From the human T2T-CHM13v2.0 reference genome, Homo sapiens, in NCBI RefSeq assembly GCF_009914755.1, contig NC_060931.1: a stretch of DNA of 64,000 nucleotides; one strand, written 5' to 3'. Both the position numbers and the translations under genes were made by a program. Shown in pieces: positions 41,511-56,720 of the stretch (positions are counted from its first letter, which is position 1; each line of letters opens with the position of its first letter). The notes under the pieces are model-generated. The model was not told the origin of the DNA. It ran no database searches and was given only the letters and a program-made list of their open reading frames with translations.

Positions 41511-43366
41511 ATGTGCCTGCTACTGTGTGCCCTGAATTCAAGTGGGCAAATTCAGGAAGGCACACTGAACTTGGCTTGATGTGGACTGATAATCAGGTAC
41601 TAAATGGCTGCTTCTTTTTTTTTCTGTTTCATAATTTACACCCAGATTTGGAAAGATTTGGAAGCAGATTACATCTTTATCACCCAAAGTATGTTTTCAG
41701 AAAGAATCTTGTTTCTGAGAAGCATAAATTTAGTTTCAAATATTTATAAAAATTACTCTAAATAAAAGCAAAACTCCATGAAAAAGAAAATGCACTGGCA
41801 TAGAGAGAAAAGCGAGAAGCGAAAGGAAGTAAGAGGAAAATGAGAGATGGGGAGATAGGATGACGCCGTGGGGAAGGAGAAAGAAAATCAGGGAAAGATT
41901 TAAAAAGAAGATAATATGTACTTAAGTTAATCACAGATGATAGAAAATCTTTTCAGGAAATGTACATCTGAATTTAAAAACAGCATTCTTTAGTTCCACT
42001 TCATCAAGCAAACAGCAGAATCTGCAAGGTGTGAATCCTCCCACTTAGGGCTGGGCCTTAATAGACTGTGTGTGTCCAGTGCTAGCCTCGGGGGAACCAG
42101 CTCTCCATACACATCTGTTGAATGGAAATCAATTTTCCTCAAGCAAAGAGGCAGCTCTGTCTCTCGTAAACAAGCACCTCCACGTCTGCAGTCACATAAG
42201 ACTGATTTTAATGAGCGGGGTGTGAGGTCACGCCCGAGGTACATCCGCTTATCCAAGGGGCCCAGACACCCCACCAGGAAATCAAATTTCTCAGTACATA
42301 CCTCAATGATGAACCTTCCTTTTAGCCCCTAAAGGTTTCTCTCAACCTTTTTGCATTTGGTTTTTGGCCAAGCAGGCTGGAAAGTATAAAAGCCAAAAGA
42401 GGCAGGGGTGGAGCAGCCGGGCAAGCAGGAAGAAGCATGTGTTTTCTGGCCTCCATCTCCCCAGCAGTTCCAGCATGTTCCGTAATTGGGCAGCCTGGCC
42501 TCACCGTCCAACAGGCATCCTCATGCAGCCCGTAGTTTCCATGCTGCTCACTGTAAATGTCTGATATCTGCACGTCCTCTGAGAGCACAGCCCAGAGGCT
42601 GAGCATGCTCACAGACACCCACTCAGCACCTGGCCCTCAGAACTGTGCTGTCCCCAGCCTAAGGCCTCAGGGTCCAATGCCCACCCCTCTTGCTCCTGCA
42701 GAAATCTAGGCTGCAAGGTGCTCCTAATCTCTGTGTCCCTCCAGCTGCAATAGGAACCCTAGTCACAACAGATCTTATGGCCACATGAGCAAGGACGGGC
42801 TCCTGCCAAGGCATCTGGTAGCTTCCTGCCCAGGTAAGGTGGGCCTCCCTGGTGGGCTCTGTATTTGTTTTGCTGCTGGACAGAAGAGCTCCTTCTTTTA
42901 GAATCATTTGCAGCAGTGGCCTCTACATACTGGTTGGAAATCTATAATTATATGGAATAAATAGACACAAAATGAGAACAAGAAGGATTGAAGTGATGAA
43001 TGTTTCACACAGCTAAAGTTACTCGTTTTCAAAGAATGTCCTCTGCTCAATAATCTGTTCTTCCTACTTCGTGGTGTGAAAACAGCCTTTGTGTTGTGAA
43101 ATGATAATGACAGCAGAGAATGCTCTGGGAATTGTTTGCTATTTTCCAGTGTCCCAACTTACCCCAGCCCTGCCATGCCCATATTTGGACAAATATCTGG
43201 TATCCCTATGTTGGTATCTGCCCCACAGTATTTTTTTGGAGGGGAGGGGGCGGTGGGGAGGGCGGATATTTTTTCCATTTCTTACTGCCAACAATGTGGG
43301 AACTACTGATTTGTAGTAATTAAAGACTGTGAAGATTTCCAAAGAGAGAAATGGAACACAAAATTG

Positions 43367-43690
43367 TGTCAGGTGTGGTGGCTCACACCTGTAATCCTCG
43401 CATTTTGGGAGGCCGAGGCTGGCAAACTGCTTGAGCCCAGGAGTTTGAGACCAGCCTGGGCAACACAGCAAGACCCTGTCTCTGCTCAAAATAAAATAAA
43501 ATAAAATAAAATAATTAGCCAGGTGTGAAGGTGCAAGTCTGTAGTCCCAGCTACTCAGGAGGCTGAAGTGGAAGGACCCCTTGAGCCCGGGAGGTCGGGG
43601 CTGCGTGAGCCGAGATCACACCGCTGCACTCCAGCCTGGGCGACAGTGACCCTGTCTCAAAGGGAAAACAAACAAACAAACAAACAAAAA
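43367..43690 (+). mobile_element. AluJ with expanded (TAAAA)n linker and (CAAA)n tail
   Basis: gcttgagcccaggagtttgagaccagcctgggcaacacagcaagaccctgtctc. Confidence 0.9.
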
Positions 43691-46600
43691 ACAGAAACAC
43701 AAAAGCATCAGGGTAGCTAAAAAGAAATGGCACCAACTCATGAACTTGCACAGAAGCACGGAGTGTATTCAACTCAGGCGACTGAGGGTATTTGGGCATA
43801 AGAAACAGGTCGCAGGACAACAGTCACAGGGCTGACACTGAAGGCAGGGGACAGCGAGAGTTCTGCCCTTGCTGACTGAGAATGGCACTGAGGGCAGGCG
43901 ATGCAGAGGGGCCAGAGAACAGAGCAGGAGCTGGCAGATGAGAAAAGTGGAGGGAAGGTGGCTCTCTTCCAGGGTTTTTGTGAATGGATGGGTGGGGAGT
44001 ATTTCCTCCACATTCCAGAGGAGGGAGGAACAGTGACAAGGCCAGAGGGTGGAGAAAGGCTTAAGGAATCTGTCTCTGGGGACACTTCACAAATGCACAG
44101 CAATCTCCGCATCTCTTCACGCCTGCTCAAAGAACTGCTGCCTGCTATCAGCAACGCGACCTGTGTTTTGTTTCCATTTTGTTTACTGTTGTTGTTGTTT
44201 TAAAAAATAACCAACCTTGCCGGTGGCGTGCTGGATTTTTTAAACTTTTTCCTCTTCACTGGCACACTCACAAGTTTGTTTAGTGTAAGTCTGAGAATCC
44301 AAAGGGGTTTTATGTGCCTCACATTCATAAATCCTCAACTGCTTTTCAACCAAATTTATTGCCCCTGAGGATTGAGGGTGAATGGAAGAGTCAAAAGGAA
44401 TCTCCTGGGCTAGAAGGAGAATGCACAGAGCTGTGTGCACACAATGTCAAATATCCAGATGAAAAGTGAAAACTTGAGTAAATCCTCCAGATGCTTCCAA
44501 GGACCTGAATGCTTGGTGAGTCCGCAGAAATACGTGGATGCTTAATGGAACTTTGCACCGTTAGTAGCAATAGTTAGCACTGTGTTTGTACAGCCCACCA
44601 CGGAATTCACAGATGTGTCTAGACTTAACTTTGTCAATCCTGATAAATTAAAAATGATATGTTATGCCTCCCTCTAGAGTCATGACCAGCATCTTCAGAT
44701 TAGACTAGAAACCTCTAATCTAACAGATTAGAAAACTATGCCTCTTCTGGGGAGACCTAGCCCCTCTGGCACTCAGCTTGGTGAGCTGATGGCGCTTTCC
44801 GCAAACTGGAAAGATAGACTCTTCCTCTGGGTAGCTTGGTGAGCAGAGTATGTGTTCAAGTTTAGCCCCTTATTTCTGTCCTTTGTGCAGTAAACACCCA
44901 GCACAACTGTACACAGACACCTTGCCTCCCTCTACAGTGCCCAAACACAACTCAGCTAGAAGTCTGACCATTTCAAAGTAAGAGGATAGGAAATAATACA
45001 TGATTAAGACTTCTTTAGCATAAGCCACACACACAAATAGATTCCACAATTACAGAGGGAAAAAGAAAGAGAAAGGGAAAGGAAAAGAGTGAAGCTGCCC
45101 TAAAATGGCTTACCTTAGCATAATAAAACCATGGGATTTCAGAGCTGGAAGGCATCTTTTTAAATTATCTATTTATCTATTGCAACCATCCCTTGCAAGA
45201 ATCCTTTGCACGACGTCCCCATCCCACCCTCCACCAGCAGTCATCCAGCCTAACCTGAAACACCCTCCCACCCCTGTCTCTGAGAACTGGAAGTCTGACG
45301 CCATCACCCTCCTTTCACACTGCTCTATGCACAAGAAATCCTGTCCCCTCCACCCCACCACACTGGCCTCCCTCTAACTTTTGCCCAGCCCATCAATGCA
45401 TCTTAGCGCTGCATTCTGACGCCACCTACATTAAGTGTAATTGCTTTTCTATGCGATAGCTCTTTAAGTACTGGTAGACATTTAACCATGGCCCCCTACA
45501 ATCTTTTGTTTTCCCAGCTAAATAAAGGCACCTTGCTTTAATCCAACCCCTCCTACAAAACTAAGTTAACTGCCAGCATCCATGAACAAATCTGCGGTTC
45601 ATCACAGTCACTACAGGGCAGCCAAGAGCTGGATAAAGAAAGACATTGCTTTCACTGACAGGCAACCCCATGTTTTGGAAAGTAGAATTCCTGGAAGTCT
45701 GGCACCTCAGGAAATTTAAGTCCCACACAAACCCCATGGGCTATAATAAGATATTGCTGATGTTTTGGCTGATATGCACCAGAAAGCCTTGGGAGGAAAG
45801 TGGCCTAGAGACTGTAATGAATGAGAGCATAATGTCCTGCCCTTGAAGCCACACAATTAGAAAGTGAGAGGACTACAGAAAAACCAGCAGGGCACTGGCA
45901 TTTTCCAGGTGAGCATTCTGAGCTGACAGTGAAAATAACGAATGAAACACGGCAGAGCAGAAGTGGACTTTATTTGGAAAACCTTGTTTTCCCGGAACTG
46001 AAGCTAACCTCTGGGACGAGAGGTTTCAGAACAATGAAGAATCACCAAATAAGATGAAGAGACGCCTACTGACAAAGACAAATTCCATACCCTGGAACTG
46101 GACATCTTCCTGGCAGAGGGAAACATCCTGCTCTAAAATGGGCACAATCAGCAGTAGTTATGAACGTCGGCTTTTCCACTTGCAAAAGAAAGATTTTAAC
46201 TTTGCCTGACAGGAAGGAACACTGACCAAGAAAACAGTAAGTTATGGATTACTTTGCTACGGATGCTGGCTATACCTCTTTAGGATACTTTTTTTATAGA
46301 AAACCAAGCATTACTTTTCTGTGAATGGAATTAAGTGTCAGGAATATGCATATCTTTCTTATATAAGGCTTTGTTTTATTATAACAGCAAGAATCATGAC
46401 TGATGCCTGAAGGCGGCCACAGATAATGCCAAGAAAAAATGGGGTAGTAAGTGGAAGAATCTCACAAAAAATTCTGTGTAACAAAAAGACAGAGGAACCA
46501 ACCTCTGTCTTATTCCTTTCTTCAAATGTTTCCAAAATTTATTGTTAGTATTTCCATACAAATAAATTAATTTTCAGTTTTATAGTAGAATTCAATTTTA

Positions 46601-47264
46601 AAAATTCCTTTTACAACCAACTTTTCTAAAAATCCAGCATAGGATACCCAAATAAAGGTGCATCTCCATTCATTCATATTTTCATTCATTCATTCATTCA
46701 AACTTCAACAGATACTGATTGGTTGGATGCCTATTATGTGTCTGCATCATGCTAGGCATTCAAGAGGCCGTGTCAGCAGCACAGGCAACGGAAGTGGACA
46801 TTCGTTATTTCCACATACAATCACCTACTTTAAAACCATGGTAAGTCCAAGAAAGGACAAGCCCACGGTGTGAAGAGAAAGCCATAATAAACCCGGTAAT
46901 TCAGAACAGAGGTCAAAAACACATGCCCTGCACAGCATCTACAAAACACAGGAAGCCAACACTTGGTTTTGTGAATACCACAGTGTTGCAATTATCTTAA
47001 GCTGTTTTTAAGTTATTTCCAAAATATTATTTTTAATTAAAGTAGAGCACATACTAACTTTAAATGATAGAGGGAAAAGGAGGGATTTGCAATTAAATGA
47101 ATAAATAATGGAACCGACACATTTTGTTTCTTTTAGTAAATGGGTTCCTGAAAAGCAACATCAACTTATTCAGTGATTGTCTGCCCCAAGGACAGTAGAC
47201 ACCCAGTGCAAAATGGCTCCCAGCTCTGGTTGGTGGCACATGAGCCTGTGGTGGTTTGAGAACG

Positions 47265-47480
47265 ACAAGAGTCCAGAACAGCACGAGCTTTGGAAACCAG
47301 TCAAACTTGGGTTTGAATCCCAACTCTACCACTAGAGATGCAAACTCTGGAAGGCTATTCATCTTCTGTAAGCCTCAATCTTCTTCTATAATTACTACCA
47401 GAGTAGGAAAAGCAGTATTAAAGATTATTAAGGACTTACTACAGGGTTGGCTGAAATAAATAATAAGTAAATAACAACTT
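47265..47480 (+). mobile_element. MIR SINE
   Basis: gctttggaaaccagtcaaacttgggtttgaatcccaactctaccact...tctgtaagcctcaatcttc. Confidence 0.65.
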
Positions 47481-48687
47481 GCATAGTCTATCAACCCTTA
47501 TCCACACTAAGTTTTGCCAGAAAGTCTCCTGCCAAGAGTGAGACTGGACTGAGGCCGAAAACAAGGGGCAAGGCATGCATGCAGAGTGCTGGGATTGGAT
47601 ATGAGTACCAGCGAACTACAGCATAAGATCTGCTCAGGTGAGGCAAGTTCAGCAGTGTGAGAGTGTTCTCATAGGTGCCAAGTTGCAAGGTAGCTCAAGG
47701 GGTCAGATCAAGGGGTCTGGACGGTGTTGTCAGTGAGTAGCTATGGTCTGAGCAGGAAGGTAATCTTGGGGGCATTTCAAGAAGATTAACAAGGCAGCAG
47801 TATGAAGGACAGACTGGAGAACAGAAAGTCTGAAGGCCATTACCATAGCCCAGACATGAACAGGACACCAGGAATAGAATGGAGGTGATACTTCAAGAAA
47901 CTGTGTCATTTTCTATGGGCCAAAGGCAGGAGAGCAGGCCTGAGGAAGGTAGAAAATGTTTCAAATAGCCAATATCAGGTGCATGAGACACAGCAACAAG
48001 AAATAAAGTTCTAGAGCACTTAAGCTTCCCTGAAGCTAAGCACCTTTTCTACCAGCTAGCTCACCTAGCTCTGCTCTTTCCTCAGCTCGCTCTCTTTAGT
48101 CCAGGAAAAGGAGCACAGAAACCAGGTGGGATGGCTTAGGTTTGCACAGTCTGTAACGTGATCATGAGCATTGCGGGTAAGCTGGAAAAACACTAGATGA
48201 CCCATTGTGAGCAGTGCACCCGGTATGGGGAATGTTAAAGCAAGATCCAGAAAGTGGCCACCCTAGTGCTTAGCTCCAGGGTGTAAAGCCCTGGACATCC
48301 AGGAAATAGGAGCCCAAGAAGAGGAATAATAGGAAATGGAACCAGTAAAGACAGACACAGAGCTTGTGAAGGACAAAAAAGTGTGCCAGATGCTGAAGAC
48401 TCCCACAAACAATGACAGGGGAGATTTTACCCCACTATTCACTGCATGACAGGAATTTCATCTGCCGTCTATGATAATATCATGGACTCTTTCTGGAAAC
48501 CAACGCTTTTTCTCCAAATGCATTATGCCTCACTGTGCATATCTGGGCCCCAGAAGACTGTGTCCACTGTTATTATAAGCAGGAAGCCAGCCAGGTATCT
48601 TCAGTTGATGAGGAACAAGATTTGGGCTCAACTGTTCAGTGACCTACTTAGCTTTATTTGGTTATATGACCACAGAATATAGTTCTA

Positions 48688-48981
48688 TGGTTATGGGAGC
48701 AAAAACACAGCTAGATAGAATGAATAAGATCTAGTATTTGATAGCAAAACAGGGTGACTACAGTGAACAATAACTTATTATATATTTTAAATAACGAAAA
48801 GGGTGGAATTAGAATGTTCCTAACACAAAGAAATGATAAATACTTGAGATGGATACCTCAATTACTCTGATGTGATTATTACATATTGCATGCCTGTATC
48901 AAAACATCACTTGTACTTCATAAATATATATGCCCATTATTTCCCATAACAATTAACATTAAAATTTTTTAAATTAAATAT
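48688..48981 (+). mobile_element. L1MA-family 3' end
   Basis: tagatagaatgaataagatctagtatttgatagca..acagggtgacta...acattgcatgcctgtatcaaaacatc; near-perfect TSD AATATA(G/C)TTCTA at 48676-48687 and 48982-48993. Confidence 0.88.
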
Positions 48982-49223
48982 AATATACTTCTAATCCCAA
49001 CCAACATTCTTTCAACTAATAACTATAAGGATGCCTGACATTTACTGAATGTCAGAAGAATCTATGGGCTAGAAACGTGTTCTCCCTATGAAGAAGGTAC
49101 CACTGCCATCCCCACTGTAGAGGTGCATATCTGGGCACCAGGAGACTGTGCCCACATGAGATCATGCATCCCAGCCTGCCCAAGAGAGAGGAGACATTCA
49201 GTTAAAAATAAATAAATAAATAG

Positions 49224-50782
<1,559 letters not shown>

Positions 50783-50969
50783 AAGAAATACAGAAGTGCT
50801 TTCTCAATAGCAGGTGTGTGTGAAGGATTGAATTGGTTATTAGGGTAAAGAGGCTTAGGAAAAAGAAATGTGTCCTTCAGTCACTGCTAAGTGACACATC
50901 CGCACTGTGCTGTGAAGTTCCAAGAACCCTAAGGTCAACTGGCTCCTTGCCAGTATATACCTGTATTAA

Positions 50970-51333
<364 letters not shown>

Positions 51334-51386
51334 AGGAGAGGCATAATTTTAAAAATAACAGAGCATTTGCAATAGTGAAGAAATAA

Positions 51387-51772
<386 letters not shown>

Positions 51773-53149
51773 CATTTTCCTACATTTTCGGAAACTTCAA
51801 ATTACCACAGATTTTCAATCTCTGAATGGAAGCCAATATAATTCATCTCTTCTTTTCTACCAAACTCCTGATAGTTCAGGTGACGTGGATGTTACATTAA
51901 CTCTGTCAGGCCCCCGGGCTGCTATTAAGTGCCCTGTAACACTGAGGTCCTACACCTATTTCCCTACAACTAAGAGTTTTTGTCTCCCAAAGGGCCAAAC
52001 TTGCACACAGCAGGGACACAGTGGGGCAGTTAGTTGCTTGGGAAAGAGAAACAAAATTTCTTTTGAGAGTGAGGTTATGTTAAGGTGGTCACAGGTATGC
52101 AGAGTCAGTTTTATGCTCTCCGTGATTTCTTATCCCCTCTGAGAGTGGGAAGGAGTTGGCATAGAGATTTTTATTTTCATAGCACATTATATAATTTGGG
52201 GTTGGTGGCAAGTGTTAACAACTGTCATACTACCCACGGCTATATTAAAAATAAGACCAAAATAGAGATTGTTGTGGGTTGTCTTGGGTTTTCCCTCAGA
52301 AGTCCTGAGGAAGAAAGTACCTCAAATGAACAGGGAGGGCATCATCAGCTCACAGAGCAGCCTGGGCAACACCAAGACCAGACAGAAACCCTTTCCAAGC
52401 AACAGAGTGGAAACACCAACAAACCCTTTTCATGAGACACACATTTCTGCAAGACCTATCTTGACAGAAGCCACCAGGTCCCAAACATGTCACATGTATG
52501 AAAAATTCAAATTCAAACGTGGAGAAGAGCAGTTTTATGGGACCCGCCTTCAGGTACAGCTCCCTATTTAAGTGCTGAGTTAAAAACCTCTGCGTTTTGA
52601 ACAGCAGCACACGAGCTCATGTGATTTAATTTATGTGATGAAATGTGGATGCTGGGTAAAATTCACCCAGGAAACAGAGGGGAGAAGCAGGATGCTCAAC
52701 CCATAAACAACACTTATCCTCAGAAATTTTGGCCCTTTGAAACTGGGTGAATAAACTAAATAAACTGAAAAGCTTCATTAATACCCAGAGGATCAGGTCC
52801 AAGTTTTAGATCTGCAAAAAGAAAAAAAAAAAAAAAAGAATTAAAGCTTTCCATCCCCTTTCTAAATACGTGGGGATCTGTTTTCAACCCATTCGTAAAA
52901 TCTATCCATTTGTTTTTATTATATGAACAACTTAAAAATTGCCAGACAGACCACCTCTGATGCACGAGGGCACAGCATTGGTTACCGGAGATGGCCAAAG
53001 CATTCTCCAAATCAAATTAGGTTTGCCTCAGTTACAGAGGTCATCTTACTGTATGTTTTCAGGAATATTAACACAAAATGTATCAAAACACTAATAGGAT
53101 CCATAAACACAGACAGCTAAAGCTCCATCACTTTTAACACGCCATAATT

Positions 53150-53181
53150 TAATAAGAGGTCTCATAAGAGACCTCTTATTA
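53150..53181. repeat. Perfect 14-bp inverted repeat with 4-nt loop
   Basis: TAATAAGAGGTCTC-ATAA-GAGACCTCTTATTA. Confidence 0.95.
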
Positions 53182-54817
53182 TGGTCTCATAAGACCGAGG
53201 GTGTCCTTTTCAAGTTCCTTCCCTCTCAGCTACTTACGGCAATTCTCAGAAGTCTGCAAAGTTATCTACATCCTCCCTTTACCAATGTTCAGCCATACGC
53301 AGATATCACTTGTGAACTAAACAGTGTCTTTCCTCCAGGGACAGGGCCAAGGCTACAACATGCTGGTGCACACTTTAAATTGTAGGTAAACGCTCAACCT
53401 ATGGCAGAATTCCCTATTTTGTGGGAGTCCCAGTTCTTTAAACTAATTCTAACTTTTGGTGTTGGCTTTCAAAAATTACTATGTCAAGGAATATGCGATG
53501 TTGAGATTTCACTCAATAGATTGGTCAGAAGGACAGGAGGGAGGAGAGAGAAGAAAAGATAGTGGTAGGGGAAGGAGAAGGAAATGATACCAGCAAAAAG
53601 GCCAGGGCTCTGGATTCCTGGATGCCTCTTTGAGCAACGTTTTCATTCGCACCACCTAGGTGCACCCTTATATGCCTCTGGTCCTTTATTTACAAGGCTG
53701 TCACCTGTCTGACAGGTAGTTTTACATGTTTTACATGTTGCAGTACCAAGGACCAGACGCCTTTTAGGAACAGTTTTGAGAATGACAAGTCACTTAGACA
53801 CTCATTGCCATGACTCAGTTTTAAGAAAAATGACCAATGACTGAGCATTCCTAATGGGGAAGCTTTCCCATCTGATGGGTGCGATTCTGACCCAATGAAA
53901 TGGGTGCAGGAGAGAAGACATTGAGAACTCCAGCTTTAAAAGAGGCCAGGACTCGTTAGTGAAAATAGTTTTGACTTGTTAGATGCCTGCTTTTGCTGGG
54001 GGAATGGAACAAATGATGTTTCAGGCAGGAGCTGCCAGCACATGAACCTCCTTCTAGCAAAGTGTATGATCTCAGAGGCCATACATGTTCATTTACAGTA
54101 GAGTTTAGATTAAAGTGATAAATGTGGATCTGGTGTACATTTAAATGCCATTTTGAAAGAAAACCCAGCTCGAGGCTTTCCCACCCTACATATCACTGCA
54201 GATTCCGTGGTCAGGGAGATGCTGGCCCTTGAGTAGCTGCCGCTGTCTCCATGGAAGGACGGCACCATAGTTAATTAAATGTCCACTCTGACGGTAAAAT
54301 TCATTATCTAACACTGCAAGTGAAGTTATCAGAATATACTTGATGGGCCAAAGCTGTCAGAAGGCCCTCTCAAACACTTAACAGGAAAAGATAAGATGAA
54401 TTTGCCTTTCATACAGGGATTTTTTTCTTTTTAATGGAGGCTCAAAATACCAACTTCGGGTTTGCAAATATTCTCATCCCCTTTAAAGCTTAATCATCTT
54501 AATGAAATACACTCAAGGGCTTTTTCACCTTTCCATTATTTTTTATTTTCTTAATGTGCATGTTAAGTCCCAAATAGTTTCCACGGATGGCAGCGTTGAG
54601 TTCAGAGTCCTAACTATGGACTAAGCAGTTTTTATTTCCTTTCTCACTGAATTCTCCACAGCAGATCTGAAAAGACAATATACTTATCCTCAATTTTCAG
54701 GTGATGGATACAAAGTTTAGAGAAAATGAAGAGCTAGAAAGTGGCAGTGCCATGACTCAAAATGGGCCTTCTAATCACACCAAGTCTAACACACAGCAAC
54801 TAGAGACCCCTAGCCCC

Positions 54818-55005
54818 CAATTTTCAGTGTTTTTCTTAGATTGGTTTTTGATTCACGTGGGGAATCTCAGAGTTTCTGTGGGGCCCAGGGGGCCATAGTT
54901 TCTTTTCGCTCTTAAGCATCCCAAACCATCCTTGCCAGCACCCTTGATTGTTCTGCTTCACTAAGAATGTGAAGCTGTCAAATTCAGGCCAGAATGACGT
55001 GATCA
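54818..55005 (+). repeat. Direct repeat, copy 1 (188 bp)
   Basis: Aligns to 55602-55788 with 14 differences by my hand count (about 92% identity). Confidence 0.95.
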
Positions 55006-55601
55006 TCTTGACACCTTGACACTACACCACTTCCGCTGCAGCCAGGGGGCCCAGTGGCCTTCTGATTTCCAAGTTTAAGTTCTCACCAGCTTAACTTGCT
55101 CATTTGACACAGTAAGCATAGAATGACAGGCTGTCACCACTGTTTAAGAGCTCCTAACGTACATGGGATAGCTATGGGTCAAAACCCAACAAATCACTGT
55201 TTTGAAAGAGAAACGAACTCTTTCAAACTCTTTCAAACTCAGCATCGTGAAACCCAAAACTATGAAGGGAAGAACACCATTTGGGTGACCCTTTCACAGT
55301 TCAGCAAGGCTCCTTCAACCACTCTCCATATAAGCCTCCTGCAACCTTGGAGGCAGCCAGGGCTGTAGGAGGCAGGCAGGGCTGATAGGAGCTTCCCTCA
55401 CCTACAAGTGACAAGGCTCAGCCAAGGGAAGGAGGGACAGGACAGAGCACACCAACAAGGGAAGCCGAGGCCTCTGACTCCCGCACTGTATTCTTTCATT
55501 CCGACTTCTATTAGAAAAAGGGATCTTGTCAATGAATGTGTCCTGTGTCTACATTTCTATGTAAGCAAAACAAGAAAACCAAAAAGAACATGTGAGGAAA
55601 G

Positions 55602-55788
55602 CAATTTTCAGTGTTTTTCCTCGACCGGTTTTTGAATCACGTGGGGAATCTCAGAGTTTCTGTGGGGCCCAGGGGCTGTAGTTTCTGTTTGCTCTTAACC
55701 ATCCCAAACCATCCTTGCCAGCACCCTTGATTGTTCTGCTACACTAAGAATGTGAAACTGTCAAATTCAGGCCAGAATGACGTGACCA
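55602..55788 (+). repeat. Direct repeat, copy 2 (187 bp)
   Basis: Aligns to 54818-55005 at an offset of about 784 bp. Confidence 0.95.
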
Positions 55789-56389
55789 AGACCAGCTGTA
55801 ATGTACACTCTCTTCTTAAAGTAAGTGCTGGGGTTTGGGAGGTTCTTACCCTAGGCATTAAGGCTTGGGAGTACCTGCTTGTTATATCAGCTGGGTCCCT
55901 TCCCTGCATTAAAGAGCAAAGGTACCTCAAACAGAACAGATAGAGAACTGACACAAAGTAAAATATTCCCAGATTTCCTATAGAAAAATACAGTCACTTT
56001 TCTAAAAATGCCACAAGGGTGACGGTTTGGCAGGAGCATCTCTTAACAATCAGCAGAAATCTACTAAATCCCTCTTAAAAGGTCCATTCTAAACAACATT
56101 CCACAGTGACACAGGGGCCTGACTTTGATTTCTGAATAATTTGACTAGAAGCAAGGAAAGTCACAACAACATTAAGTGCAATAACTTTCTACCCCCTTTT
56201 TGGTTCCCAGTGTGAAATTTGCTGAAATAAAACTTGACAGCCCAAAACTCCCGGGGATGTGTTCCAGATGAATTGAGTCATCCACACAAACTCACAGACA
56301 CACGCACACACGCCCTGGACCCTCGCACTTATAGAGGGAGTTGTCTCCATCTGTATTTGACAACCCGGTGCCATGGGTCTCAAGGCTGA

Positions 56390-56720
56390 GGGCTGCTTAT
56401 GGATGCAACTTTAAATTTAATTTGCGGGGGATGATAATTGTGTGGAGTGGTAGGAAAATGCTGGCGACATTTTGACTTTAGCAGCCCCACTGCCCTGATT
56501 AAAAAATATCAGCTTTCCATATGCAAGACATTTCTAAGGTGGACACCTTACAAATTGTTAAGGTGCAATTTGTGCACAGTTAGTTCTTTGTTTAATCGAG
56601 AAATCTGCCCGAACTCTGATTGGGCTGATTTCTCTAAGGCCGGGAGTGAAGGTTATTTCCTTATGCCTTTTGGGAGCAGCAATCTCTCTAATACGTTTCT
56701 GAATTATTCCAGCTTGTGCC
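56390..56720. promoter_or_regulatory. Candidate developmental enhancer
   Basis: No recognisable repeat; TAATTG, TGATTAA, CTTTGTT (56586-56592), three TAAGGTG/CACCTTA, CTGATTGG, retained CpGs. Confidence 0.45.

Noticed and set aside
54818-55788. Reading the 188-bp direct repeats as LTRs of a mini-retroelement or as a CRISPR-like array
   Set aside because: No TG...CA ends, primer-binding site, polypurine tract or TSD seen; only two long copies in eukaryotic DNA
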